Assembly: GCA_045863335.1 (NCBI GenBank)
Contig: BTVY01000029.1
Span: forward strand, 84,935 to 97,216
DNA: 12,282 nt
Origin: Candidatus Hydrogenedentota bacterium
GTDB taxonomy: Bacteria > Hydrogenedentota > Hydrogenedentia > Hydrogenedentales > SLHB01
Reading direction: 5' to 3'
Numbering within the stretch: position 1 is the first letter of the stretch; every line of letters starts with the position of its first letter. Below, piece by piece: positions 8,132 to 12,282 of the stretch. Under the pieces are notes generated by a model. The model saw only the letters and a program-made list of their open reading frames with translations, had not been told where the DNA came from and did not search any database. Made by a program: the position numbers and the translations under genes.

Positions 8132-9361
8132 ATGCAGCTCATTGTACTCGGCGTCATTATGTTCACGGGCATCATTTTGTTTTTGACTGCCGTGCTCCTG
8201 CTTGCCAAATCCAAGCTCGTGGCCAGCGGCGAGGTCAACCTCAATATCAATGACGATCCCGAGAACTCCATCAAGGTCGCGGCCGGCGGGACCTTGTTGA
8301 ATACGCTGGCTGCCCGCAAGATATTCATCCCTTCCGCGTGCGGCGGAAAGGGAAGTTGCGGCGTCTGCAAAGTGACGGTCAAGGAAGGCGGCGGCGCGCT
8401 GCTGCCCACGGAGCTGAGCCACATCAGCCGGGGCGAAGCGCGGGAAGGCTGCCGCCTGTCCTGCCAGGTCAAGATCAAGAACGACATGAAGATTGAGATC
8501 CCCGCCGAGATCTTCAGTGTCAAGAAATGGGAGTGCAAGGTGCGCTCCAACAACAACGTGGCGACCTTCATTAAGGAGCTCGTGCTCGAACTGCCCGAAG
8601 GCGAAGCCGTTCCGTTCCGCGCCGGCGGATACATTCAGATCGAATGCCCGCCCCACACCGTGCACTACAAGGACTTCGAGGTTCAGGAGAAGTTCCGAGA
8701 GGACTGGGACAAGTTCAACCTCTGGCGATACACGTCCACAGTCACCGAGAAGGTGGAGCGCGCTTACTCCATGGCGAATTATCCCGAAGAGCGCGGCATC
8801 ATCATGCTTAACGTGCGCATCGCGTCGCCGCCTCCGCGCGCGCCCGAAGGCACGCCGCCCGGCATCATGTCGTCCTACATTTTCAATTTAAAACCCGGCG
8901 ATGCCGTCACCATCTCGGGTCCCTTCGGCGAGTTTTTCGCCCGCGACACCGACAACGAAATGGTCTTCATCGGCGGCGGCGCGGGCATGGCGCCTATGCG
9001 GTCGCACATCTTCGACCAGTTCCGCCGCCTGCACACGAAACGCAAAGTCAGCTTCTGGTATGGCGCCCGCAGTATGCGTGAAGCGTTTTACGTGGAAGAT
9101 TTCGACAGCATCCAGGCGGAGAACGAAAACTTCAAATGGCACCTCGCCCTCTCTGAACCCCTGCCGGAAGACAACTGGACCGGCTATGTGGGCTTCATCC
9201 ACAAGGTGCTCTACGACAACTACCTCAAGGATCACCCGGCGCCCGAAGACATCGAGTACTACATCTGCGGGCCGCCCATGATGAATACCGCCGTAATCAA
9301 CATGCTGACCGATCTCGGGGTGGAACGCGAGAACATCATGTTCGACGACTTCGGCGGGTAA
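8132..9361 (+). CDS. nqrF: Na+-NQR subunit F (2Fe-2S, FAD, NADH-binding)
   Basis: [12 protein letters not shown]...RLSCQ (2Fe-2S), RAYSMANYP (FAD), [13 protein letters not shown] (NAD), YICGPP and terminal DDFGG. SD GGAG lies just upstream. Confidence 0.98.
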   Translation: MQLIVLGVIMFTGIILFLTAVLLLAKSKLVASGEVNLNINDDPENSIKVAAGGTLLNTLAARKIFIPSACGGKGSCGVCKVTVKEGGGALLPTELSHISRGEAREGCRLSCQVKIKNDMKIEIPAEIFSVKKWECKVRSNNNVATFIKELVLELPEGEAVPFRAGGYIQIECPPHTVHYKDFEVQEKFREDWDKFNLWRYTSTVTEKVERAYSMANYPEERGIIMLNVRIASPPPRAPEGTPPGIMSSYIFNLKPGDAVTISGPFGEFFARDTDNEMVFIGGGAGMAPMRSHIFDQFRRLHTKRKVSFWYGARSMREAFYVEDFDSIQAENENFKWHLALSEPLPEDNWTGYVGFIHKVLYDNYLKDHPAPEDIEYYICGPPMMNTAVINMLTDLGVERENIMFDDFGG

Positions 9362-9380
9362 CCGGGTCGAAAGGCGGGCC

Positions 9381-10457
9381 ATGAAGCATCGCACGCTACG
9401 CGAGAGCTCGGGTCCACGACAGGCATGGTTGGCCGTGGCGGTCGTCGCCGTTGCGATTGCGGCAGGCTGTGAGCGGCCACCGGCGGTCTACCACATCACT
9501 GGGCCGACGATGGGCACTACCTTCTCTGTTAAGGTGCTCCCGAAGGCCGATGACCAAGAAGGCGCGAGCGAGCTCCTCGCACGCGTCGTGAAGCAACAGC
9601 TCGACCTTGTCAACGCGCTCATGTCCACCTATCAGGACGACTCCGAGTTGTCGCGCTTCAATCAGTGGGCAAGCACGGAGCCCTTCGCGCTTTCCGAAGA
9701 GACCTTTCGCGTCCTTCAGTTGGCCCATTCCATCAGCGCGGCCACGAACGGCGCGTTTGACGTGACCGTGGGGCCGCTTGTAAACGCCTGGGGCTTTGGT
9801 CCGGAAGGATACGCGGTGGAACCGCCCTCGCCGGAAGAGTTGGAGGCCCTGCATCAGCGGGTCGGCTTCAACAAGATCGAGTTGGACGAAAACAATCAGG
9901 CGGCTCGAAAGCTCCAGCCGGACGTCTATGCCGATCTTTCGGCCATCGCAAAAGGGTTTGGCGTCGACCGCGTGTATGAGGCGCTCCGCGACTTGGGCTA
10001 CGAGAATCTGATGGTCGAAGTGGGCGGCGAAGTTCGCGCCTCGGGTCACAATGACCGCGGTACCCCATGGCAGATCGCTATCGAAAAACCGGTTTCCGAA
10101 GAGCGAGCTGTCGAGCGAATCATCCCGTTGGATGGTGTCGCGCTTGCCACCTCCGGCGATTACCGGAATTACGTGGAACAGGATGGGGCGCGTCTGTCGC
10201 ACATCATTGACCCGCGCACCAACCGGCCCATCGCGCATAAACTCGCGGCCGCCAGTGTTATTCATGAAGAGTGCGCCGTTGCCGACGGCTATGCGACGGC
10301 CATGATGGTGCTCGGCGCGGAGGAAGGGTACGAGGTGGCCGTCCGCGAAGGGCTTGCAGTGCTATTCATTGTTCGAGCCGACGACGGCACGTTTACAGAG
10401 ATGGCCTCGCCCGCATTCGAGCAACGGTTCGGGGCCGCCTCGCCGCGGACTCAGTAA
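9381..10457 (+). CDS. apbE: FAD:protein FMN transferase ApbE (lipoprotein), flavinylates NqrB/NqrC
   Basis: Lipobox-like IAAG-C (Cys30, codon 9468-9470). Motifs TMGT, FDVTVGPLVNAWGFG, DLSAIAKGFGVD, EVGGE, ATSGDYRNY, SHIIDPRT and ADGYATA. The position after nqrF is canonical. Confidence 0.95.
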   Translation: MKHRTLRESSGPRQAWLAVAVVAVAIAAGCERPPAVYHITGPTMGTTFSVKVLPKADDQEGASELLARVVKQQLDLVNALMSTYQDDSELSRFNQWASTEPFALSEETFRVLQLAHSISAATNGAFDVTVGPLVNAWGFGPEGYAVEPPSPEELEALHQRVGFNKIELDENNQAARKLQPDVYADLSAIAKGFGVDRVYEALRDLGYENLMVEVGGEVRASGHNDRGTPWQIAIEKPVSEERAVERIIPLDGVALATSGDYRNYVEQDGARLSHIIDPRTNRPIAHKLAAASVIHEECAVADGYATAMMVLGAEEGYEVAVREGLAVLFIVRADDGTFTEMASPAFEQRFGAASPRTQ

Positions 10458-10481
10458 ACGGGCAACAAAGGTACAACCATA

Positions 10482-10739
10482 ATGTTTATCACCGTTATTC
10501 TGACCATTGTAGTTATCGCCACAGTCATGCTCGGCCTTGCCATCGGCGTTATGTTTCGCGGACGCTGCTTGCGTGGTACCTGCGGCGGCGAAGGCGTCAT
10601 TGGACCGAACGGCGAAGTCCTGACCTGCGACACGTGCCCGCGCCGCAAAGAGATTGAAGAGCAGTTACGACGCGAACACGAAGAGGAAGCGATTGCCTCG
10701 ACCGAGAGTTTCGAGGAATCAACGATGAGTTCCCGCTAA
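10482..10739 (+). CDS. nqrM: Na+-NQR maturation factor NqrM-like small membrane protein
   Basis: One TM helix ending LAIGVMF, followed by LRGTCGG (cf. NqrM I/LxGSCGG) and a downstream CDTC. Lies directly after apbE, as in known nqr loci. SD AAGG upstream. Confidence 0.85.
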   Translation: MFITVILTIVVIATVMLGLAIGVMFRGRCLRGTCGGEGVIGPNGEVLTCDTCPRRKEIEEQLRREHEEEAIASTESFEESTMSSR

Positions 10740-12055
10740 TCGGAATTCCGAGGTTCCGGCGCAGAAACCTCGCGATCGCGCCACGTCAACGGCACGCCCG
10801 CGATCTCATCCCGCCACGCGCGAAGCGTGAGCCCCACCCGAATAATCCCTCCAATCGGATGTAACCATTCCACGAAAGCGCGCTGTTTGGCGACCGAGCG
10901 AAAGGCCGAGACCGCATAGGCCCAACTGGCGTACGCGGCGATTCCCGTGAAGCCGAAGGCGAACCACGACACACGCTCGGGAACGCCGGCGACGAGCGCG
11001 GCGCACGCCACAATCCCCAGGGGCAGGGGCAGAATTTCCTGCAGCAGTGTGTGTGCCAAACGCATTTCCAGACAGCCCGGTTGGAGCCGTTGTTGGATAC
11101 GCAACTTTCGGGTCAGGGCCTGCGCCATTGGTTCTAGCCCGCGGTAGATTCGTACCCGCACTTGATCGCCCGCAAGCGCTACCCCCATCCTTTCGCCCGA
11201 TTCTTTTACCACTGCAGCGAGAAACGAGTCTTCGGGCTGACAATTGCGAATCGCCGAGTGTCCACCGCTTCGGAGATACACCTCACGCTTTACGAGGATG
11301 AACGGCCCAATCCCAATAGGCGTAGCGTGGGGATCGTTCAGCTTTCCGGGCCGCGCGCCGATCGTCAGCCCTGCCCAGGTCGCGGGCATAACGAGTTCTT
11401 CCCATAGGGATCCATTTTCCAGATAGGGAACGCAGGTTAGAAAAGCCACCTTTTCCGCACTCGCAATCGTCACCGCACGACGAAGGGACTGCGGTAAATG
11501 CCGCACATCCGCGTCCGTCAACAGCAGCCAGGGATTGTCGGTATCGGAGTTGTTTACCGCGGTCCATACGGCGTTCGCTTTGCCCTGCCACCCCTCCGGT
11601 AACAGCGGGTCGTGGATGATACGCAATCGCGGCTCGTCTTCAGCCATTTGATCGAGAATTTGTGGAGTTCTGTCTGTAGAACCATCATTGACGGCGATGA
11701 TCTCGACCCGCGGATAATCCAGCGAGAGCAGTGAATGAACACCGGCCTGCACCGTATCTTCCTCATTCCGGGCCGGTACGATGACTGTGACGCCGGGAAG
11801 CTCATTGGAGCCGTGAGAAGTCTCGCTCAAATTGGGAAGGCCTCGCGCGTTAGACCGAAACAGCGCGCGCAAGCCCAGATTGCTGAGTACCTGCGCGCCG
11901 AAGATGCCGCACCCCAGCCAGCGCAGCCAAGAGGTTTCCACTGCCGGCGCCGCAGCCAACATGGCTATCGAGATCCAGTGGACTACCAGCCGCCACCGTC
12001 CAATCTGTGGAAAGATCGTGTTCGGCAATTCCGCTCTCGCTTGCGCTTGCGCCAT
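10736..12055 (-). CDS. GT2 membrane glycosyltransferase (HpnB/CrtQ/CruC-like lipid, hopanoid or carotenoid glycosyltransferase group)
   Basis: VTVIVPARNEE, AVNDGSTDRT, LPEGWQGKANA, WLLLTDADV (DxD), GPFILVKREVY..SGGH and PED..LA, with N- and C-terminal hydrophobic helices. The start is uncertain (no well-spaced SD); an in-frame stop at 12146-12148 bounds it. Confidence 0.85.
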   Translation of the reverse strand: MAQAQARAELPNTIFPQIGRWRLVVHWISIAMLAAAPAVETSWLRWLGCGIFGAQVLSNLGLRALFRSNARGLPNLSETSHGSNELPGVTVIVPARNEEDTVQAGVHSLLSLDYPRVEIIAVNDGSTDRTPQILDQMAEDEPRLRIIHDPLLPEGWQGKANAVWTAVNNSDTDNPWLLLTDADVRHLPQSLRRAVTIASAEKVAFLTCVPYLENGSLWEELVMPATWAGLTIGARPGKLNDPHATPIGIGPFILVKREVYLRSGGHSAIRNCQPEDSFLAAVVKESGERMGVALAGDQVRVRIYRGLEPMAQALTRKLRIQQRLQPGCLEMRLAHTLLQEILPLPLGIVACAALVAGVPERVSWFAFGFTGIAAYASWAYAVSAFRSVAKQRAFVEWLHPIGGIIRVGLTLRAWRDEIAGVPLTWRDREVSAPEPRNSD

Positions 12056-12095
12056 TGCGCGTGTCTGGAAAAACAGTCTCCTATTCTCGCCGATT

Positions 12096-12117
12096 GTGGT
12101 GCAGGCTTCCAGCCTGC
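12096..12117 (+). repeat. GTAG/GTGG-type REP-like palindrome
   Basis: GTGG-T-GCAGGCT-TCC-AGCCTGC: a tetranucleotide followed by a perfect 7-bp GC-rich stem (12101-12107/12111-12117), intergenic. Only one copy is visible in the window. Confidence 0.6.
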
Positions 12118-12163
12118 GACAGACCGATCGCGGCCCTCGGTGGCATCAGTAGAAAAATGGGGA

Positions 12164-12230
12164 CAGGTACCCTTTTCTTTCCAATTCGTGGAGAAAATAG
12201 AGAGGTGGCCGAGGAAGAAAAGAGTACCTG
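12164..12230. repeat. Long inverted repeat (15/16-bp arms), REP/MITE-like remnant
   Basis: CAGGTACCCTTTTCTT (12164-12179) pairs with AAGAAAAGAGTACCTG (12215-12230) with one mismatch; spacer is 35 nt. Confidence 0.6.
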
Positions 12231-12282
12231 ATAATCATCTAGGTGGCTTCCCCGCCGGGTGGTGCTACTCTCAAGAAGTGTG

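Noticed and set aside
3465-9361. Rnf complex as an alternative identity
   Set aside because: Gene order, an NqrF with FAD/NADH domains and an NqrA lacking the RnfC ferredoxin motifs identify Nqr.
6754-10265. Long alternative-frame and antisense ORFs (6754-7590 +, 6806-7777 -, 7900-8634 -, 9396-10265 -)
   Set aside because: Shadow ORFs expected from GC-rich codon bias over well-conserved nqr/apbE genes; no motifs.
1-12282. CRISPR array, rRNA, tRNA, transposase or integrase
   Set aside because: No spaced direct repeats, RNA-gene signatures or recombinase motifs were seen.

Overview
GC-rich bacterial window. It contains (i) a large, probably secreted clan GH-A glycoside hydrolase-like gene with an atypical architecture (150-3008, +); (ii) a 456-bp intergenic region with an AT-rich promoter zone followed by a long, highly self-complementary 5' leader; (iii) a complete Na+-translocating NADH:quinone oxidoreductase operon with its maturation genes, nqrABCDEF-apbE-nqrM (3465-10739, +); and (iv) a convergent GT2 glycosyltransferase (10736-12055, -) preceded by two REP-like palindromes. 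The Nqr proteins look canonical. The most interesting unexplained signals are non-coding: a candidate riboswitch (possibly Na+-sensing) upstream of nqrA, and a ~120-nt rod-like RNA structure that sequesters the ribosome-binding site of the hydrolase. The hydrolase also has an unusual W-E-P acid/base motif. All calls were made by eye; no searches or folding programs were run.
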